This document shows positions 1 to 9,609 of a DNA stretch of 64,000 bases, piece by piece. The stretch lies in the NCBI GenBank assembly GCA_945873195.1, contig CAMCDA010000004.1, positions 1,923 to 65,922 on the forward strand. The letters are read 5' to 3'. The translations under genes and the position numbers were made by a program. Every line of letters begins with the position of its first letter. Within the stretch, counting starts at the first letter, position 1. This DNA comes from Asaia bogorensis (GTDB lineage Bacteria > Pseudomonadota > Alphaproteobacteria > Acetobacterales > Acetobacteraceae). The notes below the pieces were generated by a model. The model saw only the letters and a program-made list of their open reading frames with translations, was not told the DNA's origin and did not search any database.

Positions 1-1251
1 GATGAAGTTGAAGTGGATCGCCGGATCGGCCAGCGGATCGGGGGATTTCAGCCGCACGCTGCCGCGCCCGTCCGGCCGCAGATGCACCGGGCTGATCGAA
101 ATGCCCGGGTGCGGATGGGAAATGACCCCCTGGCGCGTGCGGTCGATCGTGCTCCAGGCGGAGATGTTCAATTGCAGGTCCGGCCGCTCCAGGCTGGGAT
201 CGCTGCGGACCAGCGCGCCGACGTACAGCCCGTTGCCCGACATCGGTCCCGCCTTGAACAGGAAATACTTGGCCCCCGCCATCAGCCGAGCCCCGAGCGA
301 GTAATGCAGGGAGTTCAGGGACAGGTTCTTGGAGATGCGATAGGTGCAGGTTGAATTGAAATGATCCTGCAGGTTCGATCCGACGCCCGGCAGGTCGTGC
401 ACGATCGGCACGCCCATGTCCTGCAGATGCTGCGCCGGCCCGATGCCGGACAGTTGCAGCAAATGCGGCGATCCATAGGCACCGCCGGAGACGATCACCT
501 CCCGCGCCGCCTTGGCGGTTTCCCGGCCGCGCTGGGTCTGGAATTCGACGCCGACGGCGCGTCCGTTCTCCACCAGGACCTTGGTGGCGTGGGCGCGGGT
601 CTTGATGGTCAGGTTGGGGCGCTTCTTGGCCTCGGTCAGATAGGCGGCCGCGGTGCTCCAGCGGCGCTTGTCCTTTGTTGTGGTCTGGTAGTAGCCGCAG
701 CCTTCCTGGGTGGCGCCGTTGAAGTCCTCATTATACGGAATGCCGGCCTGCTTGCAGGCTTCGACCAGGGCCTCGGCGATTTCCCATTTGTAGGGCTGGT
801 TGGACACGCGCAGCGGGCCGCCGGAACCGTGGAATTCATCGGCGCCGCGTTCATTGTCCTCGGCCTTGCGGAAGTAGGGCAGAACGGAGTCGTAGTCCCA
901 GCCTTCGTTGCCCATCTGGCGCCACTGGTCGTAGTCCTTGGCGTGGCCGCGCATGTAGATCATGCCGTTGATCGACGACGTGCCGCCGAGGACCTTGCCG
1001 CGGGGCTGATACATCGTGCGGTTGTTGAGTTCGGCTTCTGGCTCGCTTTCGAACATCCAGTTCACGCGGGGATCGACGAAGGTCTTGGCATAGCCGATCG
1101 GGATGTGGATCCACATCGAGCGGTCCTCTCCGCCGGCTTCCAGCAGGAGGACCTTGTACTTGCCGGATTCCGACAGCCGGGCGGCGAGTACGCAGCCGGC
1201 CGAACCGGCGCCGGTGACGATGTAGTCGTAGGTGTCGGCGTCGTTGGCCAT
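1..1251 (-). CDS. GMC-family (choline dehydrogenase-like) FAD oxidoreductase, C-terminus runs off the window
   Basis: Manual translation from ATG at 1251: [28 protein letters not shown]...LLLEAG...[20 protein letters not shown]; the frame stays open to the window edge, so it is absent from the ORF track. Confidence 0.92.
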   Translation of the reverse strand, partial: MANDADTYDYIVTGAGSAGCVLAARLSESGKYKVLLLEAGGEDRSMWIHIPIGYAKTFVDPRVNWMFESEPEAELNNRTMYQPRGKVLGGTSSINGMIYMRGHAKDYDQWRQMGNEGWDYDSVLPYFRKAEDNERGADEFHGSGGPLRVSNQPYKWEIAEALVEACKQAGIPYNEDFNGATQEGCGYYQTTTKDKRRWSTAAAYLTEAKKRPNLTIKTRAHATKVLVENGRAVGVEFQTQRGRETAKAAREVIVSGGAYGSPHLLQLSGIGPAQHLQDMGVPIVHDLPGVGSNLQDHFNSTCTYRISKNLSLNSLHYSLGARLMAGAKYFLFKAGPMSGNGLYVGALVRSDPSLERPDLQLNISAWSTIDRTRQGVISHPHPGISISPVHLRPDGRGSVRLKSPDPLADPAIHFNFI

Positions 1252-1401
1252 TTGGGTCCCCTCCGTTTCGGTGGTGGGAGCATCCGACAGGGCGGCGCCG
1301 CTGGCAATGCTTTCGTCGGGTGCCGTGGGGTATTGCCGGCGGTGCTTGCGAAAACGGCTTGATCCGGAAAAGCTGGTTCATTCATTGGTCCGGACCATGC
1401 G

Positions 1402-2850
1402 ATGATTCCCGACGACGCTGCCTCGGTCCCGCAAATTATCTTGCATTGGGCCCGGCTTACCCCCGATGCGCCGGCGGTTATGGAAGCCCGCCGGACCCTG
1501 AGCTACCGGACGCTTGGGGCGGGGATCGCCCGCCATGCCCGTGCGCTCCAGGCCAGCGGCGTCCAGCCCGGCACCTTCGTCGGCCTCCAGGCCCAGGACC
1601 GCCTGCTGGGCTTGTCGCTGATCGTCGCCTGTGATGTCATTGGCGCGGTTGCCGTCCCGCTTTCGCCCGCCGATCTGACGGGCCAACCGCATGTGCTGTC
1701 CCGCTGCGGCTTCCTGTGTACCGACATCGCCGCGTCAAACGCGCCCGCCGGCCTCGGGATCCTGCCGCTGGCGCCGGACTCGCTGCGCCGCATCGCGGGT
1801 ATTCCGGCCGATCTCTCCCTGCTGGACACGCGCGGGCCGGATGCGGCTCTGGTCAAGGTCGCCCGCACCTCCGGGTCCACCGGCGCACCCAAGCTGATCG
1901 GCATCAACCGGGGGCTTCTGCGCCGCCAGATCGCGCGTTCGGCGGTCGAACGGGATTTGCCAGGATACGTTCTGGACTCGATCGCGCTGTACAATTTCGT
2001 GCCGCACTGGGTCTACGTGGAGGCGGTGATGGCACTGCGCGCCGGGCGGACCGCGGTGATGTCGAGCTTTGAAACCATCCGCGAAGACATGGCGCGCTGT
2101 CCCGGTGGCCAGATGGGGCTGCACGCCGGTGACGCGGCCCGCCTGATCGCCGCCTGCCGCGATGACGCCCGCGGACCATGGCACGGCCTGCTGAACACCA
2201 AGGGTGGGGCGCTGCCGCCGCATCAGCGCGACACGCTGCGGCGGGAGATCGTGACAGGCCTGCATCCCACCTATGGCATCACCGAAACGTTTCGCGTCAG
2301 CGTCATCGATGACGACGGGATCGGCCGCCTCCGCCCCGACGCCCAGGCCCGCATCATCGGTCCCGACAACCGTCCGCTCGGCCTGCATGAAACCGGGGTG
2401 ATCGAGGTCCGCACGCCCTGTTTGGCGCAATCCTACCTGTGGGATGAGGCCGCAACGAAAGCCGCGTTCGTCGCTGGGTGGTACCGCACCAGCGATTTCG
2501 GCTTCATGCCGGCACCGAACCAACTCGTGCTGCTGGGCCGGGTGGATGACATGCTGAACCTGGGCGGGATCAAGGTCGCGCCCGATCCCTTGGAAGATCG
2601 CATCAGCGCGCTGGAAGGCGTGGCCGACGCGGCGGTGGTCACGCTGCCGAATGCCGAGGGCATCGAGGAACTGACCGTCGCCCTGTGCCTGCGACAAGGC
2701 GCGCCGCCCGAAGCCATCCACCAGCGCATCGCCCCCATCGTCGCCCCGCACGCGCCCTATTTCGTCGCACGTCATCTGCCATCCCTGCCGCGGACCGAGA
2801 CGGGCAAGCCCCAGCGCGCCGAAATCCGCCGCCTGTTGAGCCAGCCCTGA
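1402..2850 (+). CDS. Class I adenylate-forming (AMP-binding) enzyme / acyl-CoA synthetase-like
   Basis: TSGSTGAPK, YGITE, GWYRTSDFG, GRVDDMLNLGG and PRTETGK motifs. Confidence 0.8.
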   Translation: MIPDDAASVPQIILHWARLTPDAPAVMEARRTLSYRTLGAGIARHARALQASGVQPGTFVGLQAQDRLLGLSLIVACDVIGAVAVPLSPADLTGQPHVLSRCGFLCTDIAASNAPAGLGILPLAPDSLRRIAGIPADLSLLDTRGPDAALVKVARTSGSTGAPKLIGINRGLLRRQIARSAVERDLPGYVLDSIALYNFVPHWVYVEAVMALRAGRTAVMSSFETIREDMARCPGGQMGLHAGDAARLIAACRDDARGPWHGLLNTKGGALPPHQRDTLRREIVTGLHPTYGITETFRVSVIDDDGIGRLRPDAQARIIGPDNRPLGLHETGVIEVRTPCLAQSYLWDEAATKAAFVAGWYRTSDFGFMPAPNQLVLLGRVDDMLNLGGIKVAPDPLEDRISALEGVADAAVVTLPNAEGIEELTVALCLRQGAPPEAIHQRIAPIVAPHAPYFVARHLPSLPRTETGKPQRAEIRRLLSQP

Positions 2851-2886
2851 TTTCCCACCGGTCGCATGCTCGGCTAGACTTCCGCA

Positions 2887-3930
2887 ATGCAACATGATCC
2901 CGCGAACCCCGCTCTGGTCTATCCCTTCGCCAAGCCCCCCGCGCCCGGTGAGATCACCGAAGTCGCGCCCGGCGTGCTCTGGTTCCGTCTGAAACTGCCC
3001 TTCGCGCTCAACCACGTGAACATCTACCTGATCGAGGATGATGGCGGGTGGCTGGTGCTGGACACCGGGCTTGCGACCGACGACGGGCGCAACGGCTGGG
3101 ACGCGATCATGAACGGCCCGCTGGCCGGCCAGCGCCTGACCGCGATGCTGGTCACGCATTTCCACCCCGATCACGTGGGCCTGGCCGGATGGCTGGCGGA
3201 ACGCTTCGGGCTGCAACTGCGGATGACGCGGACCGAGTATCTGTTCCATCTGCAAGCCCGCCAGCCGGGCGGCGACATGCGCGGGGAAGCGCATCGCGAT
3301 TTCTACCGTCACCACGGCCTGGGCGAGGAAGTGACCGAACTGGTCATGACCCGCGGCCATGGCTATCTTCGCCGCACCACCCTGGCCCCACCGGTCTACA
3401 AGCGTATCCAACAGGGCGACCACCAGCGCGTCGGCGGGCGGGAGTTTGAAATCCTCACCGGCGGCGGCCACGCGGTCGAGCAGGCAATGCTGCACCGGCC
3501 GCAGGAGAAATTGTTCTTCGCGGCCGACCAGGTGATCGCGAAAATCTCTCCCAACGTCTCCGTCCACCCGATGGAGCCGGACCAGGACGCGCTCGGCACC
3601 TACCTCACCGACCTGGGCGCGCTGCGCGGGGCGGTGGGGCCGGACGTGCTGGTGCTGCCGGGGCACGGGCTGCCGTTCTATGGGCTGCACGCCCGTATCG
3701 ATGAACTGACCAGCCACCACGCCGAACGCTGCGGCCTGATCGCCAAGGCCTGCGGGCTGCATCCGATGACGGTCACCGACCTGCTGCCGCATGTCTTCGA
3801 CCGGGAGCTTGACCCCCACCAGATGGGCTTCGCGTTCGGGGAAGTGCTCGCGCATGTGAACTACATGCAGGGACGGGGCGAATTGCGGGAGGAACCCGGC
3901 AACGACGGCGTGATGCGGTTCCGGGTCTAA
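2887..3930 (+). CDS. MBL-fold metallo-hydrolase
   Basis: THFHPDHVG (HxHxDH), GGH, D and PGHG motifs. Confidence 0.9.
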   Translation: MQHDPANPALVYPFAKPPAPGEITEVAPGVLWFRLKLPFALNHVNIYLIEDDGGWLVLDTGLATDDGRNGWDAIMNGPLAGQRLTAMLVTHFHPDHVGLAGWLAERFGLQLRMTRTEYLFHLQARQPGGDMRGEAHRDFYRHHGLGEEVTELVMTRGHGYLRRTTLAPPVYKRIQQGDHQRVGGREFEILTGGGHAVEQAMLHRPQEKLFFAADQVIAKISPNVSVHPMEPDQDALGTYLTDLGALRGAVGPDVLVLPGHGLPFYGLHARIDELTSHHAERCGLIAKACGLHPMTVTDLLPHVFDRELDPHQMGFAFGEVLAHVNYMQGRGELREEPGNDGVMRFRV

Positions 3931-3944
3931 AGGCCGACGACAAA

Positions 3945-3974
3945 TCCCTCCCCCGCTGAACGGCGGGGGAGGGA
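3945..3974. terminator. Hairpin between convergent genes, probable bidirectional terminator
   Basis: tccctcccccgc-tgaacg-gcgggggaggga, a perfect 12-bp stem. Confidence 0.65.
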
Positions 3975-3981
3975 ACCCGTA

Positions 3982-4761
3982 TCAGTTAGCGACGTCGCCA
4001 CCCTCACGACGCGCCTGCGCCACGGCCTCGCGCGCCGCCTTGGCCATCAGTCCCGAGTCATTCGCGATCGTGGCAAGCTGGAAGCCCATCTTGAACATCC
4101 GCGCGGCATAGGACCCGGTGGCATTGTGCAGGCCCGCGAACTTGCCGTGCTTCTTGCAGGACGCCAGCAACTTCTCATAGATCGCGAGGATCACCGGTTC
4201 CTCTCGGTCCAGGGTCGGGATCATGCCCAGCGACAGCCCCATGTCGGACGGGCCGATATAGATGCCGCTGATCCCCGGGACCGACAGGATTTCGTCGATG
4301 TTGTCGATGCCGGCCTGTGTCTCGATCATCGGGATGATCAGGATCTCATCGTTCGCGGTCCGCTGGTAGCTGCTCGCTTCCCCATACATCGCCGCCCGGA
4401 TCGGCCCGTTGGAGCGCTTGCCCATCGGCGGATACAGGCACGCGTCGGCCAGCGCCTTCGCCTCGGCCGCGTTGTTCACCATTGGGCAGATGATGCCCAT
4501 CGCGCCGCCGTCGAGGCACTTGCCGATGATCCCAGGCTCATTCCACGGCACGCGGACCATCGGGGTGACCGGGTGCGCCTGCATCGCCTGGAAGCACTGC
4601 ACCATCGACTGGTAGTCCTGCACGCCGTGCTGGATGTCGACCGTCACGCTATCCCAGCCGCACTGCGCCATGACTTCGGCCGAGAACCCGGACGGGATCG
4701 CCAGCCAGGCGTTGACGGCGGCCTTGCCCGCCGACAGGCGAGCCTTGAGTTTATTGGACAT
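3982..4761 (-). CDS. HpcH/HpaI aldolase family protein
   Basis: WDSVTVDIQHG, MVRVPWN, IIPMIET, IYIGPSDM. Confidence 0.9.
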   Translation of the reverse strand: MSNKLKARLSAGKAAVNAWLAIPSGFSAEVMAQCGWDSVTVDIQHGVQDYQSMVQCFQAMQAHPVTPMVRVPWNEPGIIGKCLDGGAMGIICPMVNNAAEAKALADACLYPPMGKRSNGPIRAAMYGEASSYQRTANDEILIIPMIETQAGIDNIDEILSVPGISGIYIGPSDMGLSLGMIPTLDREEPVILAIYEKLLASCKKHGKFAGLHNATGSYAARMFKMGFQLATIANDSGLMAKAAREAVAQARREGGDVAN

Positions 4762-4979
4762 CTGGAGATTCCCCCGTTCAGATTGAAACGGCCGGCACGC
4801 TAGGCGCAGGGCTGGGCAGCGTCAACGCGGCAGGAATGACTGGCATGAGTACTTACCCTCAGATGTATTGAACGGCGATTTTTCTGTCCCAAATCATTGC
4901 GAACGCGGCAAGTCGGCCCGTCGCGGCGGTCAATGCTCAGGGGATATTGGGCTACGACCGCAGGTAAAGCCGGTCCCGC

Positions 4980-5258
4980 TTGGTATCCATGCATAAGGCA
5001 CGCAACATGAAAATCATCACTACGCTCATTCTGGCCGGCACACTCGGCCTCGTCGCCGCCTGTGGATCCAGTGAGCCCGGCCGCGTCCAGGGCGCCGCCG
5101 CGACAGGGGCCGCCACCGGCGCGACGGTCGGTCTGGTTGGCGGTCCCGTGGGCGTCGCCGCGGGGGCCGTGATAGGCGGCGGGGCCGGTGCCATAACCGG
5201 CGCCAGCACCACCCCCGCGCAGGTCGATCTGGGTAAGCCGGTTTGGGACAAGAAGTAA
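4980..5258 (+). CDS. Small glycine-zipper lipoprotein
   Basis: Lipobox LVAAC, then GAAATGAATGATVGLVGGPVGVAAGAVIGGGAG. Confidence 0.8.
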   Translation: MVSMHKARNMKIITTLILAGTLGLVAACGSSEPGRVQGAAATGAATGATVGLVGGPVGVAAGAVIGGGAGAITGASTTPAQVDLGKPVWDKK

Positions 5259-5390
5259 TACCCGGGCCGCAACCACCGTCACGGCGCCGTCCATCCGGGC
5301 GGCCCGTTTCGCTCGAAGCTTGATCATACCATCCGAAATTATATCGGTACGCATTCCCCGACCAACGCCATTGAAGGACACTCAGACATT

Positions 5391-5864
5391 ATGAATGAGG
5401 ACCGGACGACGCGGGCGAAAGTCGCCAAGCCGCACGCGCATTTTGAGGAGCCGGCGGATATCGTCATCGATCCCGCGCTCTCGAAGGACCAGAAGAAGAA
5501 GGCCCTCGATTCAATGGAACAGGATGCGCGCCAATTGCTGGACGCATCCTCGGAAGGCATGACCGGCGGCGAAATGAACAAGCTGCATGAGGTGCTGGAC
5601 GCCAAGGATGCGCTTGAGCTGCCACCGGTCGCCTTTGCCTATGATGTCGTGGTCAAGGATCTGCGTTCCACCTTGCGGACCGATGTCAGCCCGGCGGAAC
5701 GGAGCGATGTCGAACAGGCGCTGAACGCGCTCGACGCCGTGGCACGGGTTGGCGCCATCAAGACCGATCCGCGCGTCGTGACCGCCGAGGACGACGGCCT
5801 GCCACTGCCCGGCTCCGAAGCCGAAATGGACGATGAAATCGCCCGCGAGAAGCTTGATCCCTGA
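5391..5864 (+). CDS. Hypothetical acidic protein
   Basis: 157-aa ORF with coding-like codon use, co-oriented with its neighbours. Confidence 0.7.
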   Translation: MNEDRTTRAKVAKPHAHFEEPADIVIDPALSKDQKKKALDSMEQDARQLLDASSEGMTGGEMNKLHEVLDAKDALELPPVAFAYDVVVKDLRSTLRTDVSPAERSDVEQALNALDAVARVGAIKTDPRVVTAEDDGLPLPGSEAEMDDEIAREKLDP

Positions 5865-5901
5865 TCCCATCCGCCGATCAGTCACCATAAAGGAACACAC
5901 G

Positions 5902-6672
5902 ATGTTGTGGGATGCTTCGTCCATGAATGGCTATGCGATCGAGGCCACCGATGGCCGGATCGGCACCGTCAGCGATATGCTTTTTGACGACGTCGGCTGG
6001 GCGGTGCGTTGGCTGGTGGTCGATACCGGCGTTTGGCTCCCGGGTCGCAAGGTCCTGCTGCCGCTCTCGGTCCTGGGGCACCCGGACAAGGCGCTGCGGA
6101 CGTTTCCCGTCTCCCTGACCCAGAAACAGGTCGAGGACAGCCCCAACATCGATGCCGACCAGCCGGTGTCGCGGCAGACGGAAGGCCATCTTTACCGGCA
6201 TTATCGGCATGAGCCCTACTGGGGCGGCGGCATCTTCCCCGTCAGCGACGAAATGGCCACCCCGATGCTCACGCCGCTCGGCTTTCCCGACATGGGCGCG
6301 CGTGTGTGCGAAGACCTGTACGTCCCATCCAACCCCGGCGATCCGCATCTGCGCAGCATCTACGCGGTGACGGCGTATCACATCGCCGCGACCGACGGCG
6401 ACATCGGCCATGCCGAGGCGTTCCTGGTGGATGATGCCCACTGGACGATTCGTTACATTGTCGTGGACACCCAGAACTGGTGGGCGGGTGAGAAGGTGCT
6501 GATCTCGCCACCGATGGTGGAGCGTATCGATTGGCAGGAAAAGCGCGTTCACGTGAAGGCCGATCGCCAGAAGATCAAGGACGAGCCGCGCTATGACCCG
6601 ATGATCACGGTCGATGGCGCCTATGATGAAAGCTTTCTGACCTATTACGGAATTCGTTGGACCAAGGCCTGA
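5902..6672 (+). CDS. PRC-barrel domain protein (two PRC repeats)
   Basis: Two repeats of IxATDGxIG..xxxLxDD..WxxRxxVVDT..W..G.KVL; AGGA 5' of ATG 5902. Confidence 0.88.
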   Translation: MLWDASSMNGYAIEATDGRIGTVSDMLFDDVGWAVRWLVVDTGVWLPGRKVLLPLSVLGHPDKALRTFPVSLTQKQVEDSPNIDADQPVSRQTEGHLYRHYRHEPYWGGGIFPVSDEMATPMLTPLGFPDMGARVCEDLYVPSNPGDPHLRSIYAVTAYHIAATDGDIGHAEAFLVDDAHWTIRYIVVDTQNWWAGEKVLISPPMVERIDWQEKRVHVKADRQKIKDEPRYDPMITVDGAYDESFLTYYGIRWTKA

Positions 6673-6706
6673 GCCATCCCTCGGTCCGCGGGAAAGGAGA
6701 GATCCC

Positions 6707-6784
6707 ATGCGCTATGTTCTGATGTGGCTGGTCGGCATTCCAATTCCGATTCTGATCATCCTGTATCTACTCAACGTAATCTGA
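6707..6784 (+). CDS. 25-aa small membrane protein MRYVLMWLVGIPIPILIILYLLNVI
   Basis: AGGAG at 6695-6699, 7 nt before the ATG; a single hydrophobic helix; below the ORF-track length cutoff. Confidence 0.75.
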   Translation: MRYVLMWLVGIPIPILIILYLLNVI

Positions 6785-6797
6785 CGGGCCATCGCAG

Positions 6798-7292
6798 GTG
6801 ACCGCGGCGATGGATGAGCACTTCATGCGCCGAGCGATCGGGCTGGCGCGAGAGGCGGAGCGCAGGGTTGGGCTGGCGCCGGTCGGTTGCGTGATCGTAC
6901 TGAGCGGCGCGATCCTGGCCGAAGGCGCCAACGAAGTCCGCCTGCGCCACGACCCCACCGCGCATGCCGAGATCGTCGCGATCCGGCGGGCGACGGAAAG
7001 CGGCGCGACCGCCGATTTGCGCGGCGCGACGCTCTATTCGACGTTGCAACCCTGTGGGATGTGCACAATGGCCTCGATCTGGGCCAGGATGGGGCGGATC
7101 GTCTATGGCGCCGAACGGCACCAGGTCCACGCGATGTATTTCGACGCGCGCCACCTGGACACGATCGACTTCATCAGCGACGCGTTCCGCGCGGACCTGC
7201 CGGTCATGAGCGGCGTCCTCGGTGCGCAATGCGCCGAACTCTACTTCAAGCCCGGCGACATCGTGCCCGTGGCGGAACAGGGTAACATCTGA
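6798..7292 (+). CDS. Nucleoside/nucleobase deaminase (TadA/guanine deaminase-like, Zn)
   Basis: HAE...PCGMC zinc motif; start may be 6810. Confidence 0.88.
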   Translation: MTAAMDEHFMRRAIGLAREAERRVGLAPVGCVIVLSGAILAEGANEVRLRHDPTAHAEIVAIRRATESGATADLRGATLYSTLQPCGMCTMASIWARMGRIVYGAERHQVHAMYFDARHLDTIDFISDAFRADLPVMSGVLGAQCAELYFKPGDIVPVAEQGNI

Positions 7293-7294
7293 GC

Positions 7295-8521
7295 CTAGTT
7301 CGCCAATTCCAGCACCGCGTCCAGCAGCACCCGCGCGCCGAGGGCGATCTGCTCCTTGGTGGAATATTCCTTCGGATTATGGGTAATCCCGCCCACGCTC
7401 GGGATGAACAGCATGGCGCTGGGGCAATGCGGCGCGACCAGCACTGAGTCATGCCCCGCCGCTGCCGTCATGTCCCGCGTGGTCAATTGCCGCGTCTCGG
7501 CCTTGCGCCGCAGTAGCGCCCCCAGCGCTGGATCGAAATGGATCGGCCCGAACGTCGTGTAGGGATCGATGTCGATCTTCACCCCGCGCCGAGAGGCGAT
7601 GGCCGCCAGTTCGCCCCGCAGCGCCGCCTCCATCGCCACGGCCTGCGCCGCGTTGTCGTGGCGGACATCGCAGTGCAGCCGCGTGATGTTCGATACATTG
7701 CCGCGCGCGTTCGGATAATTCTCGATCCAGGACGCGGAAGCCCGCCCCCCCGGTTCCGCGGCCAGCGCGATCCGTTCCACGGCCAGGATCACCTCAGCCG
7801 CCGCCGCCAGACTATCCCTCCTCCGCTCCATCACCGTCGGCCCCACGTGGCTCGGCTCTCCGGTCACGACCAACTGGAAGTAGCGCGCGTGCATCGTGCC
7901 TGTAACGATGCCGATATCGGTGTTCGTGGCCTCCATCACGGGGCCTTGCTCGATATGGCCTTCCAGCCAGCAGGCCCAGTCGCGGGGGCCCGGAGGCAGG
8001 GGGCCGCCCTGGCCGCTGTCGCGCAAGGCCTGGGCGACCGAGACGCCATGGTCGTCGGTGGTGGCCAGCGCGGTTGCCAGCGGCAGGTCGCCCGCGAAGA
8101 CGCGGCTTCCCATCATGGCGGGGCGAAAGCGGCTGCCTTCCTCATTCATCCAATTGACCAGTTCCAGCGGCGCGCGCGTGGTCACGCCGGCGTCGTGCAG
8201 GGCGCGCAGCACCTCCAACCCCGCCAGCACGCCGAACACGCCATCGAAGCGGCCACCGGTCGGGACCGTATCCAGGTGGCTGCCGAACGCGATGGCCTTG
8301 GCGGTCGGGTCCGTCCCCGGCCGGCGGAGGAACATGTTGCCGATCGCATCCTGCTCCACGCGCAGGCCGAGCGGTTTGCACCAGTCCAGCAGGAGCGCGC
8401 GGGCGGCCGCGTCTTCGGAGGTCAGGGCCATGCGGTTGCTGCCGCCCTCGGGCGTGGGGCCGATTTCGGCGATGCGCATATGCGCGTCCCACAGGCGGTC
8501 GGCGTTGATATCGACGGTCAT
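7295..8521 (-). CDS. M20 Zn-dependent amidohydrolase (allantoate / N-carbamoyl-amino-acid hydrolase family)
   Basis: GSHLDTVPTGGRFDG, NEEGSRF, EGHIEQGP and AGHD motifs; start MTVDIN at 8521. Confidence 0.9.
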   Translation of the reverse strand: MTVDINADRLWDAHMRIAEIGPTPEGGSNRMALTSEDAAARALLLDWCKPLGLRVEQDAIGNMFLRRPGTDPTAKAIAFGSHLDTVPTGGRFDGVFGVLAGLEVLRALHDAGVTTRAPLELVNWMNEEGSRFRPAMMGSRVFAGDLPLATALATTDDHGVSVAQALRDSGQGGPLPPGPRDWACWLEGHIEQGPVMEATNTDIGIVTGTMHARYFQLVVTGEPSHVGPTVMERRRDSLAAAAEVILAVERIALAAEPGGRASASWIENYPNARGNVSNITRLHCDVRHDNAAQAVAMEAALRGELAAIASRRGVKIDIDPYTTFGPIHFDPALGALLRRKAETRQLTTRDMTAAAGHDSVLVAPHCPSAMLFIPSVGGITHNPKEYSTKEQIALGARVLLDAVLELAN

Positions 8522-8679
8522 GGCGGGTCCCTTGGCTGAGGTCCGAATCTTCGCGCGCCTTGCCGGTTGGTGTCGAGACCCGGGCCGTCCGTCACCGGAT
8601 TCGGCTCGGCGTCGGCGGGTTCGGGCGCGCGACCATGCAGGTCGAGACGAAGTTCCAGCTATCGAACCCGCATTCGGGC

Positions 8680-8708
8680 TTGAAAAGTGCGTTAAGTGCA
8701 CTTATTTT
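8680..8708 (+). promoter_or_regulatory. Putative sigma70 promoter with a 12-bp palindromic operator for the TA operon
   Basis: TTGAAA (8680-85), 17 nt, TATTTT (8703-08); TAAGTGCACTTA at 8693-8704 lies between them. Confidence 0.5.
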
Positions 8709-8731
8709 GCCCTTTACGGAAGGTCACAGCC

Positions 8732-9091
8732 ATGCTCGATACGATCGACGCCGTCTATGATCCCGTCCTGAAGGGCATTTCCCCCGAGCGGGTCGCCGCC
8801 ACGCTGCATATGCCGCTGGCAGACATTGCACGGGTGGTGGATGTCCATCGCAACACTTTGGCCCGGACGCCGACGTCCCCCAAGGTCCAGGCCGGGTTGG
8901 GGTCGATCATGCGTATCCTGACGGAGGCCGCCGATTTGATGGGCGGCGATCTCGGGCGCGCCGCGGTGTGGTTTCGTCACCAGCCGCTCTCGGGTTTCGA
9001 TCATCAGACCGCTGAGGAACTCGTGACCGCCGGCCATGCCCAGGCCGTGCTGAAGCATCTGGCCATGCTGCGGGACGGCGGCCACGCCTGA
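8732..9091 (+). CDS. Antitoxin Xre/MbcA/ParS family
   Basis: HTH-like N-terminus, then AAVWFRHQPLSGFDHQTAEELVTAG; directly upstream of a RES gene. Confidence 0.85.
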   Translation: MLDTIDAVYDPVLKGISPERVAATLHMPLADIARVVDVHRNTLARTPTSPKVQAGLGSIMRILTEAADLMGGDLGRAAVWFRHQPLSGFDHQTAEELVTAGHAQAVLKHLAMLRDGGHA

Positions 9092-9608
9092 CCTGCCGTT
9101 CCTTTCGGTCAAGGCCCGGTTCTGGCGAGTCCTCGCCCCGCGCTGGGCGCACCAACCGCTCAGCGGAGAGTGTGCCGCGCGCCATGCCGGCCGGTGGAAC
9201 CCGCCAGGGGTGAACACGCTCTATCTGTCCGCCGACCTGCCGACCGCCGTCGCCGAGTATGAACAGGATATCGGCATCCGGCCGGGCACGTTCTGTGCCT
9301 ATGACGTGGCGACCGACGGTGTCCTGGACCTTACCGATCCCGCCGTGCCGCCGGTGCTGGGCCTCCAACCCGAGGACTGTTTCGCGCCCTGGAAATCGAT
9401 CTTCCTGACCGAGCGCGGCACGCCGCCGGGTTGGGGGGTCGTGACGCGGGTTACCAAGGCGGGTGGGGCAGGGGTCATCGTGCCCTCGGCCCAGTTCAAG
9501 GGCGGCAGGAACCTGGTGTTGTGGCGCTGGGACGACGGCGTCGATCGGCGGATCACCGCGCTGGATCCGCAGACCGATCTGCCCAGGGATCAGGCGTCCT
9601 TGCGGTAG
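9084..9608 (+). CDS. RES-domain toxin; canonical start codon absent (ACG 9084 or CTG 9093)
   Basis: The frame upstream of ORF-track GTG 9210 encodes the RES N-terminus (FWRVLAPRWAHQPLSGECAARHAGRWNPPG), then LYLSAD...AVAEY...IVPSA...NLVLW. Confidence 0.8.
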   Translation, partial: TPDLPFLSVKARFWRVLAPRWAHQPLSGECAARHAGRWNPPGVNTLYLSADLPTAVAEYEQDIGIRPGTFCAYDVATDGVLDLTDPAVPPVLGLQPEDCFAPWKSIFLTERGTPPGWGVVTRVTKAGGAGVIVPSAQFKGGRNLVLWRWDDGVDRRITALDPQTDLPRDQASLR

Positions 9609-9609
9609 A

